Origin: Syntrophales bacterium
Lineage (GTDB): Bacteria > Desulfobacterota > Syntrophia > Syntrophales > JACQWR01
Length of the DNA: 62,330 bases
Assembly: GCA_049302035.1 (NCBI GenBank)
Contig: JBAQLR010000126.1
Span: 1-62,330, forward strand
Reading direction: 5' to 3'
Shown: one piece after another, positions 49,844 to 59,010 of the stretch
How positions within the stretch are numbered: the first letter of the stretch is position 1
Layout of the letters: each line of letters begins with the position of its first letter
Position numbers and translations under genes: made by a program
The notes under the pieces: generated by a model
Told to the model about the DNA's origin: nothing
The model's input: only the letters and a program-made list of their open reading frames with translations
The model's database searches: none

Positions 49844-50389
49844 ATGTTAGAGATCAGATGGCATGGAAGAGGCGGTCAGGGTGCGGTGACATCCGTGGAA
49901 TTGCTTGCCTTGGCGGCTATTGGAGAAGGTAAATTTGCCCAGGGCTTCCCCAGCTTTGGCCCGGAAAGAAGAGGGGCGCCAGTAGCGGCGTTTAACCGTG
50001 TCGATGACAGGCGGATAAAGGCCCGTTCCGGCATCTACCATCCCGATGTCGTCGTTGTCCTCGACGAGGGGCTGGTGGGTGTGATAAACGTCACCGAGGG
50101 CTTAAAACCTGAAGGCACATTAATTATCTGCACGTCCAAAACCAGGGCGGCAATCAAAAAGGCGCTCGCCTACAGAGGCCGCCTGGGCACCTTGAACGGC
50201 CTGGCCATCGCCCGCCAGGAACTGGGCGTCGCCATCGTCAACACCACCATGCTGGGAGCTCTCATCAAGGCGACAAACGTGGTCGAAATGGATGCCATGC
50301 GTGGGCCTGTGGAGCATCGCTTCGGGAGAATTGCCCAGAAGAACCTGGCGGCCATGAGAAGAGCCTATGAAGAGGTGGAGATCAACTAA
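49844..50389 (+). CDS. porC: 2-oxoacid:ferredoxin oxidoreductase gamma subunit (pyruvate/ketoisovalerate type)
   Basis: MLEIRWHGRGGQGAVTS.. gamma-subunit signature. The start is set at the ATG at 49844 with an AGGAG RBS. Confidence 0.85.
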   Translation: MLEIRWHGRGGQGAVTSVELLALAAIGEGKFAQGFPSFGPERRGAPVAAFNRVDDRRIKARSGIYHPDVVVVLDEGLVGVINVTEGLKPEGTLIICTSKTRAAIKKALAYRGRLGTLNGLAIARQELGVAIVNTTMLGALIKATNVVEMDAMRGPVEHRFGRIAQKNLAAMRRAYEEVEIN

Positions 50390-50412
50390 AAAGACTTTTT
50401 TGAGGTAAGGTA

Positions 50413-50703
50413 ATGGGAGCAAATAAATGGCCAGAAGATTGGCGGAGCGTTAACCTGGGTTGTGTAGTATTCGAGCCCGGCAGCGCGGGTGAGTACCATA
50501 CCGGGAGCTGGCGGTCGCAACGGCCTGTATTGGATAAGTCTCGATGCATCAAGTGCGGACTCTGCTACATCGTCTGCCCGGAAGGATGCATAGCGGAAGA
50601 TGCGGACGGATATTTCTCGGCGAATCTTGACTACTGCAAGGGCTGCGGTATCTGTCCTCACGAGTGCTGGCCTCTGGCCATTAAAATGGTGGAGGAGGAA
50701 TAA
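50413..50703 (+). CDS. porD: 2-oxoacid:ferredoxin oxidoreductase delta subunit (2x[4Fe-4S])
   Basis: CIKCGLCYIVCP and CKGCGICPHEC motifs. 96 aa. Confidence 0.85.
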   Translation: MGANKWPEDWRSVNLGCVVFEPGSAGEYHTGSWRSQRPVLDKSRCIKCGLCYIVCPEGCIAEDADGYFSANLDYCKGCGICPHECWPLAIKMVEEE

Positions 50704-50706
50704 GCC

Positions 50707-51885
50707 GTGTCAAAACGAATCGGGATGGAAGTAGCGGTTGCGGTAGCGGAAGCTGTGGCCTTGTGCCGGATTGATGTGGCGGCTGTTTATCCCATCACTC
50801 CGAATACCCATGTGGCGGAGCATCTCTCGGATATCGTCGCGGATGGGAAAATCGATGCGGAATTCATTACGGTTGAATCGGAACACTCTGCTTTAAGCGC
50901 CGTTGTCGGGGCCGCAGGCACGGGGGCGCGGACTTTTACCGCCACGAGTTCCCAGGGTTTGATGTATATGACGGAAATTATCCCCATTGCCTCGGCCATG
51001 CGGCTCCCCATTGTCATGTCTATTGCGAACCGGGCGATATCGGGTCCGCTCAGCATCTGGAACGACCATAGCGATATCATGTATCAACGTGATGGCGGCT
51101 GGATTTCCCTCTTTGCGGAAAATGGTCAGGAAGCGGTGGATATGGCCATTCAGGCCTTCAAGATTGCCGAACATCGCGATGTCATGCTGCCGGTAAATTT
51201 CAACATGGATGGTTTCCAACTCACCCACATGGTAGAGCCGCTGGTAATGCCTGATCAGGAAGAGGTGGATAAATTTCTGCCCCCTTTCGTACCCTACGCG
51301 ACGCTCCATCCGGACCGGCCTGTTTCCATGGGCGCCATCGGTATGCCAGAAATATTTACCGAGGTAATGAAGGCCAAGGATGCGGCTCTGATGAACTCAA
51401 AAAAAGTCATCCTGGAGGTCTGGAAAGAATGGGAAAAGCTTTTCGGCCGCAAGTATGAACCCCTTCAGGAATACAAGACGGAAGGGGCTGAGGTTTTGAT
51501 CCTTACCATGGGTTCCGTGGGAGAAACAGCAGAGTTGGCAATCGATGCACTGCGCAGCAAAGGAATCCCCGTGGGCTTGCTGAAACTGAAACTCTGGCGT
51601 CCCTTCCCCCGGGAGGAGCTGAGGAAAGCCGTTAAAGGCGCAAAAACGCTGATCGCCACCGACCGGGCTGTTTCTTTTGGAGCAGGCGGAGGCCCTCTGG
51701 GCGTGGAAGTCCGTTCCGCTCTCTATGACCTGCCTGACCGCCCCACCGTCATCAACGAGCTCATCGGCCTCGGCGGCCGCGACATGACCATGGAAGATTT
51801 CAGCGCCATCCTGCTTAAAGCAGGCAAGAGTGGCGGAAAAAAGAAGCGGGAAGCCTACGAATTCTACGGAGTGAGGGAAGCATGA
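50707..51885 (+). CDS. porA: 2-oxoacid:ferredoxin oxidoreductase alpha subunit
   Basis: 392-aa POR alpha family member (..AAVYPITPNTHVAE..) with a GTG start. Confidence 0.9.
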   Translation: MSKRIGMEVAVAVAEAVALCRIDVAAVYPITPNTHVAEHLSDIVADGKIDAEFITVESEHSALSAVVGAAGTGARTFTATSSQGLMYMTEIIPIASAMRLPIVMSIANRAISGPLSIWNDHSDIMYQRDGGWISLFAENGQEAVDMAIQAFKIAEHRDVMLPVNFNMDGFQLTHMVEPLVMPDQEEVDKFLPPFVPYATLHPDRPVSMGAIGMPEIFTEVMKAKDAALMNSKKVILEVWKEWEKLFGRKYEPLQEYKTEGAEVLILTMGSVGETAELAIDALRSKGIPVGLLKLKLWRPFPREELRKAVKGAKTLIATDRAVSFGAGGGPLGVEVRSALYDLPDRPTVINELIGLGGRDMTMEDFSAILLKAGKSGGKKKREAYEFYGVREA

Positions 51886-52856
51886 GCATGCCAAGCAATG
51901 TCAAATTAGTGGAAAACTTCGATTTATATGCCCCGAAACTGACGGACAAGGAAGAATATTTCTGCCCCGGCCATCGTGCCTGCCAGGGATGCGGCGAGGC
52001 CTTGGCCGTGCGCCTTATGTGTAAGGCATTAGGCAAGGATACGGTAATCACCAATGCCACGGGCTGTATGGAGGTGGTTTCCAGCCTCTACCCCACGACA
52101 GCATGGAAACTGCCCTGGATACACGTGGCTTTCCCCAACGCTGCGGCAGTGTGCTCCGGTGTAGAGGCCGGTCTAAAGGCCTTGCGCCGCAAGGGAAAGA
52201 TCGCGGACCGAGATGTCAAGGCCGTGGCCATCGGCGGTGATGGCGGTACAATGGACATTGGTCTTCAGGCCCTTTCCGGCGCCATGGAGCGGGGTCACAA
52301 TATGCTTTATGTCTGCTTCGACAATGAAGCGTATATGAATACGGGCATTCAGCGCTCGAGCGCTACGCCCTTCGGCGCGGCGACAACAACGGCGCCCGCC
52401 GGCAAGGTGAGCAGCGGCAACAGCACGTGGAAAAAGAATCTTCCGGAAATCATGGTGGCCCACAATCTCGCATATGTGGCGACGGCCTCCCATGGTTATC
52501 CCATCGACTTCATGAACAAGGTAAAAAAAGCGCGCCAGGTCAAGGGGCCTTCCTACATCCATTGCTTCAGCGTTTGTCCCACGGGGTGGCGCTCTGCTAC
52601 GGAACATACCATGAAGCTGGCGCGCATGGCGACGGAAACAGGTGTCTTCCCCCTCTATGAAGTGGAAAACGGCAAGTACCGCATGACAATTGAGCCGCAG
52701 CAAGACTTGCGTCCCATGCAAGACTATCTGAAACTTCAAGGGAGATTTCGTCATCTCGGGCCGGACCAGATTAAGTTCATTCAGGACAGGGTCAACTTGG
52801 AGTACCGGAAGCTGCTCAACAAAGTGGAGCATTCCCAATCCTGGGATGAAATATAA
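51882..52856 (+). CDS. porB: 2-oxoacid:ferredoxin oxidoreductase beta subunit (TPP-binding)
   Basis: GHRACQGCGE Fe-S motif and TPP motif IGGDGGTMDIG..NEAYMNTG. ATGA overlap with porA. Confidence 0.9.
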   Translation: MSMPSNVKLVENFDLYAPKLTDKEEYFCPGHRACQGCGEALAVRLMCKALGKDTVITNATGCMEVVSSLYPTTAWKLPWIHVAFPNAAAVCSGVEAGLKALRRKGKIADRDVKAVAIGGDGGTMDIGLQALSGAMERGHNMLYVCFDNEAYMNTGIQRSSATPFGAATTTAPAGKVSSGNSTWKKNLPEIMVAHNLAYVATASHGYPIDFMNKVKKARQVKGPSYIHCFSVCPTGWRSATEHTMKLARMATETGVFPLYEVENGKYRMTIEPQQDLRPMQDYLKLQGRFRHLGPDQIKFIQDRVNLEYRKLLNKVEHSQSWDEI

Positions 52857-52889
52857 TCAATAAGATAAAATACTGCTGATGGTGATTTG

Positions 52890-53384
52890 ATGAATAGGTC
52901 AACTGTGAAAAAAGAAGACAGTAAACGGCTCAAGGAAATTATCGCCCGCTACCACTCTGAACCGGGTTCCCTGCTGGCGATTCTTCAGGATTTACAAGAG
53001 GCGTATAATTATTTGCCTGTGGACATGCTGAAATTGATGAGCCACGAAATGGACATCCCCCTCACGCGGATATACGAGGTGGCGACTTTCTACACGGCTT
53101 TCAGCCTTAAACCACGGGGCCAGCATATCGTGAAACTCTGTGTGGGTACGGCTTGCCACGTCCGCGGTGCGGCGGGTATCCTCGACAAACTGGAAAGAAC
53201 CCTGGAAATCAAACCGGGCGAAACGAGCGGCGATCGCAAATTTACCCTGGAAACCGTTAACTGCGTCGGCGCCTGCGCCCTCGGCCCCGTCATGGTAATG
53301 GACGGAGAGTACCACGGGCAGGTAACCATGGCTAAAGTGGACAAGGTTCTCGGGCCGCTGCAGAAAGGGGCGCAAAAATCATGA
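52890..53384 (+). CDS. NuoE/HydC-type [2Fe-2S] subunit
   Basis: Thioredoxin-like [2Fe-2S] pattern [19 protein letters not shown]. The ATG at 52890 follows an in-frame TTG at 52887. Confidence 0.85.
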   Translation: MNRSTVKKEDSKRLKEIIARYHSEPGSLLAILQDLQEAYNYLPVDMLKLMSHEMDIPLTRIYEVATFYTAFSLKPRGQHIVKLCVGTACHVRGAAGILDKLERTLEIKPGETSGDRKFTLETVNCVGACALGPVMVMDGEYHGQVTMAKVDKVLGPLQKGAQKS

Positions 53385-55225
53385 AAAAGATTGCCAACGC
53401 CACGGCCTTGCGCCAACTCCAGAAAAAACTGAAAGAAAAGTGGGATCCCAAAAAACCAATAGTAACAATCTGCGCCGGAACGGGCTGCCGTGGCTACGGG
53501 TGCATCAGTGTGAAGGAAGCCTTGGAGGCGGAGATCGCCAAAAACAAGCTGGCCGTGGAAGTTCGGGCCACGGGCTGCTTCGGCTTCTGCGAAAAAGGCC
53601 CCCTCGTCATCATCCAACCGCAAAATATTTTCTATCAGCAGGTGAAGGTGACTGATGCTGCTGATATCGTTAATAAAACCGTCGTAAACGGCGAAGTGCT
53701 GGAAAAACTCCTCTATCGTGATCCCGCCACGGGCAAACGGATAGAAAAAGAAGCAGACGTCCCCTTCTACAAGAAACAAAAACGGCTCATCTTTGGTTCC
53801 AATGGCATGATCGACCCCACGCGGATTGAGGATTATCTGACTCTGGACGGTTATGCGGCCCTGGCCAAGGCATTGCAGATGACGCCGACAAAAGTGGTCA
53901 AGGAAGTCAAGGATGCCGGTCTGCGGGGACGGGGCGGCGGCGGTTTTCACGCCGGCGTCAAATGGGAATCCTGTCGTGAAGCGCACGGATCGCCAAAATA
54001 TGTGATCGGCAACGGCGACGAAGGTGATCCCGGGGCTTACATGGACCGGAGTCTGATGGAAGGCAACCCCCACAGCGTCATCGAAGGCATGATTATCGGC
54101 GCCTACGCTATCGGCGCCAGTCGGGGATTCCTTTATGTGCGCAACGAGTATCCCCTGGCGGTCATGCATCTGACCATGGCCCTGGAAAACGCCCGCCAGG
54201 CGGGTCTCCTGGGCAAGAATATCCTGGGTTCCGGTTTCGATTTTGATATTTCCCTCAGCAAGGGCGGCGGCGCCTTTGTTTGCGGCGAATCTTCCGCCCT
54301 CTTCGCCTCCATCGAAGGCAAGGCTGGGGAAGCGCGCGCCAAGTACATCCATGCCGTGGAAAAAGGTCTCTGGGATAAACCCACTGTCTTAAACAACGTG
54401 GAAACCTGGGCCAATGTCCCGCTGATCCTTAACAAAGGGGCCAAATGGTATAGCGCCATCGGCACGGCTAACAGCAAGGGCACAAAAATCTTCTCCCTCG
54501 TGGGAAAGATCAACAATACCGGTCTGGTGGAAGTGCCCATGGGCATGCCCCTGCGGGAAATCATCTATGATATGGGCGGCGGCATTCCCAAGGGGAGAAA
54601 GTTCAAGGCCGTCCAGACCGGCGGGCCTTCAGGCGGCTGCCTCCCTGAAAGCCTGCTTGATCTGCCGGTGGATTTCGACAAACTTGCGGAAGTTGGTTCC
54701 ATGATGGGTTCGGGCGGCATGATCGTCATGGACGATCGCTCCTGCATGGTCGATGTGGCGAAGTATTTTCTAGCCTTCCTGCAGGAAGAATCGTGCGGGA
54801 AATGCGTGCCCTGCCGGGAAGGCGTCCGTCGCATGCGGGACATTTTGGAAGATATCTGCGCCGGTAAAGGACGGGAAGGCGATGTGGAGTTACTGGAAAC
54901 AATGTCCCAGGCGATCCAGGACGGTTCCCTCTGCGCCCTCGGCGGCAGCGCCCCTAACCCTGTTTTGAGCACCATCCGGTATTTCCGCGATGAGTACGAG
55001 GCTCACATCAAGGGCAAGCGCTGTCCCGCCGGTGTCTGTAAGGCGCTTATTTCATACAGCATCAACGCCGACAACTGCACGGGTTGCGGTGTCTGTGCGA
55101 AGGTATGCCCCACCGGAGCCGCACAGGGAGAAAAGAAAAAAATCCATGTCATTAACGAGGCGACCTGCACTCGGTGCGGCGCCTGCGTGGAGAGCTGTAA
55201 ATTCGACGCAATCAACGTTCAATAA
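53381..55225 (+). CDS. NuoF/HydB-type FMN- and NAD(H)-binding subunit with extra N-terminal [2Fe-2S] and C-terminal 2x[4Fe-4S] domains
   Basis: N-terminal [36 protein letters not shown] (FMN site), [12 protein letters not shown] (NADH site) and [18 protein letters not shown] (N3-type cluster). C-terminal [23 protein letters not shown]. 614 aa. Confidence 0.9.
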   Translation: MKKIANATALRQLQKKLKEKWDPKKPIVTICAGTGCRGYGCISVKEALEAEIAKNKLAVEVRATGCFGFCEKGPLVIIQPQNIFYQQVKVTDAADIVNKTVVNGEVLEKLLYRDPATGKRIEKEADVPFYKKQKRLIFGSNGMIDPTRIEDYLTLDGYAALAKALQMTPTKVVKEVKDAGLRGRGGGGFHAGVKWESCREAHGSPKYVIGNGDEGDPGAYMDRSLMEGNPHSVIEGMIIGAYAIGASRGFLYVRNEYPLAVMHLTMALENARQAGLLGKNILGSGFDFDISLSKGGGAFVCGESSALFASIEGKAGEARAKYIHAVEKGLWDKPTVLNNVETWANVPLILNKGAKWYSAIGTANSKGTKIFSLVGKINNTGLVEVPMGMPLREIIYDMGGGIPKGRKFKAVQTGGPSGGCLPESLLDLPVDFDKLAEVGSMMGSGGMIVMDDRSCMVDVAKYFLAFLQEESCGKCVPCREGVRRMRDILEDICAGKGREGDVELLETMSQAIQDGSLCALGGSAPNPVLSTIRYFRDEYEAHIKGKRCPAGVCKALISYSINADNCTGCGVCAKVCPTGAAQGEKKKIHVINEATCTRCGACVESCKFDAINVQ

Positions 55226-55235
55226 GGGTAGGAAA

Positions 55236-55949
55236 ATGGCTAATATTACCATAGACGGCAAGAAAATTGAGGCCCCCGCAGGAGCAACCATCTTGCAGGC
55301 AGCCCGTGAAAATGGCATAGTGATCCCAACCCTCTGTTCCCACGAAGCCTTGGAACAATCCGGCGCTTGCCGGTTCTGCTCGGTGGAAATCAAAAAGGGC
55401 AAACGTACAAAAGTAGTTGCTTCCTGCCTCTATCAAGTGGAAGAAGGTCTGGAAGTGGATACGAAGAGCGAGCGGGTGCTGAATGTCCGCCGCCTGATTC
55501 TGCAGCTCCTCATGGCGAGGAATCCCAAGGCGGACGTATTGAAGGAGCTGGCCCGGGAAATAGGTGTGGAACCACAGGCGCGCTTCGTGCCCGACACGGA
55601 CAAGGGCAAATGTATTCTCTGCCGTCAGTGCGTAAAGACCTGCGAACAGATTGTGGGCGCGTGCGCCATCGGCTTGTCCTACCGCGGGTCCCATAAGGTC
55701 GTAGGCCGCCCCTTCAAGGAGGATCCACCAGCCTGCATCGGTTGCGGCGCCTGCGCCTATGTGTGTCCCACGGGTCACATCGAAATGAGGACCACCCTGG
55801 ACACCCGGACGATATGGGGCCGGACGTTCCAGATGACTGCCTGCAAGACCTGCGGCCGGTATTTCGCGCCGACGGATCAGCTAAGATTTATAAGTGAAAA
55901 AGCGGGCGTGCCGGTGGAGAACTTGGCCATCTGCACCAGTTGTAGATAA
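55236..55949 (+). CDS. HoxU / NuoG-N-terminal-like Fe-S subunit ([2Fe-2S] + [4Fe-4S] clusters, no catalytic domain)
   Basis: MANITIDGKKIEAPAGATILQAARENGIVIPTLCSHE..ACRFCSVE.. (plant-type [2Fe-2S]), then CILCRQCVKTC, CIGCGACAYVCP and a terminal CKTCG..CTSC. The start is set at the ATG at 55236. 237 aa. Confidence 0.8.
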   Translation: MANITIDGKKIEAPAGATILQAARENGIVIPTLCSHEALEQSGACRFCSVEIKKGKRTKVVASCLYQVEEGLEVDTKSERVLNVRRLILQLLMARNPKADVLKELAREIGVEPQARFVPDTDKGKCILCRQCVKTCEQIVGACAIGLSYRGSHKVVGRPFKEDPPACIGCGACAYVCPTGHIEMRTTLDTRTIWGRTFQMTACKTCGRYFAPTDQLRFISEKAGVPVENLAICTSCR

Positions 55950-55955
55950 AAACAT

Positions 55956-56031
55956 TCCCCAGTAGCTCAGTCGGTAGAGCGGGTGGCTGTTAACCACCAT
56001 GTCCGTGGTTCGAGTCCGCGCTGGGGAGCCA
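55956..56031 (+). tRNA. tRNA-Asn (anticodon GTT), CCA encoded
   Basis: I folded the cloverleaf by hand. Acceptor stem TCCCCAG/CTGGGGA, D stem GCTC/GAGC, anticodon stem GGTGG/CCACC with loop CTGTTAA, T stem CGTGG/CCGCG with loop TTCGAGT, discriminator G, then CCA. Confidence 0.9.
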
Positions 56032-56092
56032 ATATAAGACGGAACTGGGCATGCCTGGAAGAGAGATCCAGAACCTAGTTCCGTTGCCGAAC

Positions 56093-56146
56093 GAAGTGCA
56101 CCTGCCAGGGCCGCCAAGCTCCCTGACAGGTGCACTTCTTCTTTAA
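56093..56146 (+). terminator. strong Rho-independent terminator after tRNA-Asn
   Basis: A 12-bp stem GAAGTGCACCTG/CAGGTGCACTTC, extended by CAGGG/CCCTG and followed by TTCTTT. Confidence 0.7.
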
Positions 56147-56264
56147 CGATCCTGATTTCATCGACAAGCAGCTTTAAATATTCCTTCCCAAAGTTTGATA
56201 CTAAGTTGCATTCGTATATAGACTAACATACAACATCCTCCATAAAAAAACTATGGAGGGAGAT

Positions 56265-56375
56265 ATGCGACCACCGACATTATTAAGCGATGACCAGAAG
56301 GAGCGATTAAAGCATCTATTGTCAAAGACAGAGACGAAAGCGGATTTTCAACGGCGTGATACGGGTATTATTATA
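56265..56375 (+). mobile_element. possible IS630-family transposase N-terminal (HTH) remnant, 36 codons
   Basis: ATG with a GGAGGG RBS. The translation MRPPTLLSDDQKERLKHLLSKTETKADFQRRDTGIII* resembles the L-S/T-x5-L-x2-L..RRAxIIL start of IS630 ORFs. It lies in an approx. 38% GC stretch next to a tRNA. Called from memory of the family only. Confidence 0.3.
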
Positions 56376-56765
56376 TGAATAATGACACGTTTTCCCGAGA
56401 GCAAATCAAAAACAGCCTCTCGAAGCGCCGATAGCCTTCCGATTTTCTTCCCTCCCCCATCAAATCTTCGAACCTTTACCCTATATATAGGCCGCCCCAC
56501 GCGGCTTCTTGAACAAAGGATTGAATGCGACCTTGCAGGTCTCATCAATCCTTATTGGTTGGGCAAGCTTGATCACGCACGTACCCTGTGCCCTGTTGTT
56601 CACACATTAGAAGGGTAAAGGAGCAACCCCATTGTCGCAAAAGCCGCGAACGATGCTCCTGCAATAAATGTCGCCGGGGCACCGAACCCGTCTGGATGCC
56701 CGATCGGGGTCCGGCGGGGCACAAGACCCCGCCTAAAAACAACCCATTACTATTGATGACGATTG

Positions 56766-58493
56766 TTACCACATACTTGTGGCAACTTGCCTGCCGAAGC
56801 TATCCCAAGCTCCCAGCCATATTCCGCCACCTGTTGGGGTGAAGGTCTGACCGGTGCTTGTTATCGGGTTCAGCGTAAATGATTTGCTTCGATCCGCCGA
56901 CGCGAGTGAGAATTCAGCCCTGGCTGAATTACCTGAATTGTCATTCATCTGTGCTGACAGCCAGTCATTGGTGAGCCCGGCGGGCAGGGTCCAGGTAACT
57001 GTTGCGTTGCCGCCGGTAAAGGCGCGCATCTCGGCCATTATTGGCGAGGTGATGGTCGGGAACGAGGCAGCCGTCAATTCGGTGTTCAGGTACGGACGCT
57101 TCCGGAGCTTTTCGGTGTAGGTGGCTGACAAGGTTGACCCGATGTAGAGTTGAACGGTGTAGACCTCTCCTGTATCGGCGATGGCGGCAATTTGACTGTC
57201 ATTCATGTAATAATTATTGCCATTGTACATGTCCCCTTGAATAGCAAACCACTCGGTGTTGATCTGACTGATCAGAGTAACTGGACTAGTAAGACCGACA
57301 CCGTTAACCACTGCTGACGTAATGCCCTTGCTGCCACGGTCTTCGATATTGATCCATAGGCCCGTAGTTATCGTGGCAGGCGTATTGACGGATTGATACT
57401 CTGCTCTGGCCCTAATGCGAACATGAGCAATGCGCTGGTTCCCCTGCATATACCATTTCCCATCTACCTTTTTGATCATGTGAAATGGCTCCGGACCATC
57501 ATTATCTACCTTGCCATTCTGAATGACATCAAACGCAACCACGGCCGTTCCCATTGCCGCATCCATGGATTGTATGGCGATATTGGCAAACGATATGCCG
57601 ATAATGTCCTGTTCAGTGGTTAGTTCAGAGAGGAAAGAGGCCAGGTTCTGCCCATCGTCTATGAAGGTAGCGCTATCAAACAGACTCAGCAGGGTCGGGT
57701 TGGTCTCACTGGGAAGGCTCGTGGCAAAAAGAGCGGAAAATGCCTTGAACCCAGCGCTGATCTTCTGTATGTCGGTTACGCCGGTTGCCACGTCTGTCGT
57801 GTTGTCCAGGACACCGGTATAGATCCCGGTCGCAATATTTGAGGTCATCTGCTGCTGGGTGATGATATTTGTAATGGTTGCAACACCTGTGGTCGTATCT
57901 GTTGTCACCCTGAGCACGTCCAGAGCCGCATCAAGACCGGAGTGGTCGGTGCTGAAAGAGGCCCGCAGCAGGTCGATCGAACTGCTGACACCCACTGCCT
58001 GTAGGACAGGAAGAAGCTTGGCCCTGAGGGCCTCGGACTGTGCCGTCAACTGAACTGCGGTAAGGGTGGAGAAGGCGCCGTTGTCAAAATATGTTTTGGC
58101 AATCGACCCGGCGATATTCGCCACAATCAAATCGGTGAGCGGGGTGATGTTGATCGTGCCTCCCACGTCCGCCGATGTGCCGGCTGAGTACAGGTGATAC
58201 TCGTTGCCGCCGACATAGCCGTCAGCCCGCACCATGTAGGGTGCTTTCAGACCGGTAACATCCACGGTGTATTTGCCATTGGCCTCGATGGTAACGGTTT
58301 TTGTCTGAGCGGTGGGGGTTGTGCTGTCCTTAATTGTCACCGTCCCGATAATCGGCGCACCGGCCGCCGCAGTTCCCGTTAGCGTTGTCGAGCGTGCGGG
58401 CGCTTCGTCTCCACTACCTCCGCAGGCCAATATAAGTAGCGCGATAGCCGCGAGCAGGCTTGTTAACTTGATAAATTTCCAGATACTTCTCAT
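56766..58493 (-). CDS. Thr/Gly/Ala-rich lipoprotein of unknown function (575 aa)
   Basis: Signal peptide plus lipobox (LLILACGGSGD). The N-terminal region looks like a carboxypeptidase-regulatory/Ig-like beta domain (GTVTIKDS..VTIEANGKYTVDVTGL). I do not recognise the rest. The start is set at the ATG at 58493 with an AGGAG RBS. Confidence 0.7.
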   Translation of the reverse strand: MRSIWKFIKLTSLLAAIALLILACGGSGDEAPARSTTLTGTAAAGAPIIGTVTIKDSTTPTAQTKTVTIEANGKYTVDVTGLKAPYMVRADGYVGGNEYHLYSAGTSADVGGTINITPLTDLIVANIAGSIAKTYFDNGAFSTLTAVQLTAQSEALRAKLLPVLQAVGVSSSIDLLRASFSTDHSGLDAALDVLRVTTDTTTGVATITNIITQQQMTSNIATGIYTGVLDNTTDVATGVTDIQKISAGFKAFSALFATSLPSETNPTLLSLFDSATFIDDGQNLASFLSELTTEQDIIGISFANIAIQSMDAAMGTAVVAFDVIQNGKVDNDGPEPFHMIKKVDGKWYMQGNQRIAHVRIRARAEYQSVNTPATITTGLWINIEDRGSKGITSAVVNGVGLTSPVTLISQINTEWFAIQGDMYNGNNYYMNDSQIAAIADTGEVYTVQLYIGSTLSATYTEKLRKRPYLNTELTAASFPTITSPIMAEMRAFTGGNATVTWTLPAGLTNDWLSAQMNDNSGNSARAEFSLASADRSKSFTLNPITSTGQTFTPTGGGIWLGAWDSFGRQVATSMW

Positions 58494-59010
58494 GATGCGT
58501 TTCTCCTTGTTTAAAATTAAACACCTTGTTGTTAAAATGTAACTATTCAGTCCCTCTCCCGAGAACAACCTACCCCCTTTAAGAAGGAAGTCAAGGGATT
58601 TTAGAGGTTGTAACAATTACATCCCTCTTTTCAGTCCCTTCCAGAAAATGACGACTCGATAGCCATTATGTTATTCGCTGTAAGGCAAATGGCATGCCGT
58701 GTTGGGTGATGTAGGTTGAAAAAATGGACACCGATCTCATGGATGCTGGATCTGGTTCAGCAGGGCAACCGCCAGCATGTTAAAGAGCGAGGGTAAAAAA
58801 TTTATGATACGGGATTTTTCTTGACAACGTTGTCGCAATTATTGTATCGACAACACACCTTGGAGTTGTCGGGGGAGCGGATGCTGCTGAAAAGCGGTAT
58901 CACCGCGAAATTGCAGCGGTTAGTATGATTTTAACCTCGCGGCTTCTTAGCCGCATATGGTTACTTTGTAGTGATTTTGTGTACGCTTTTTCTCGCGAGG
59001 TTCTTGGACC

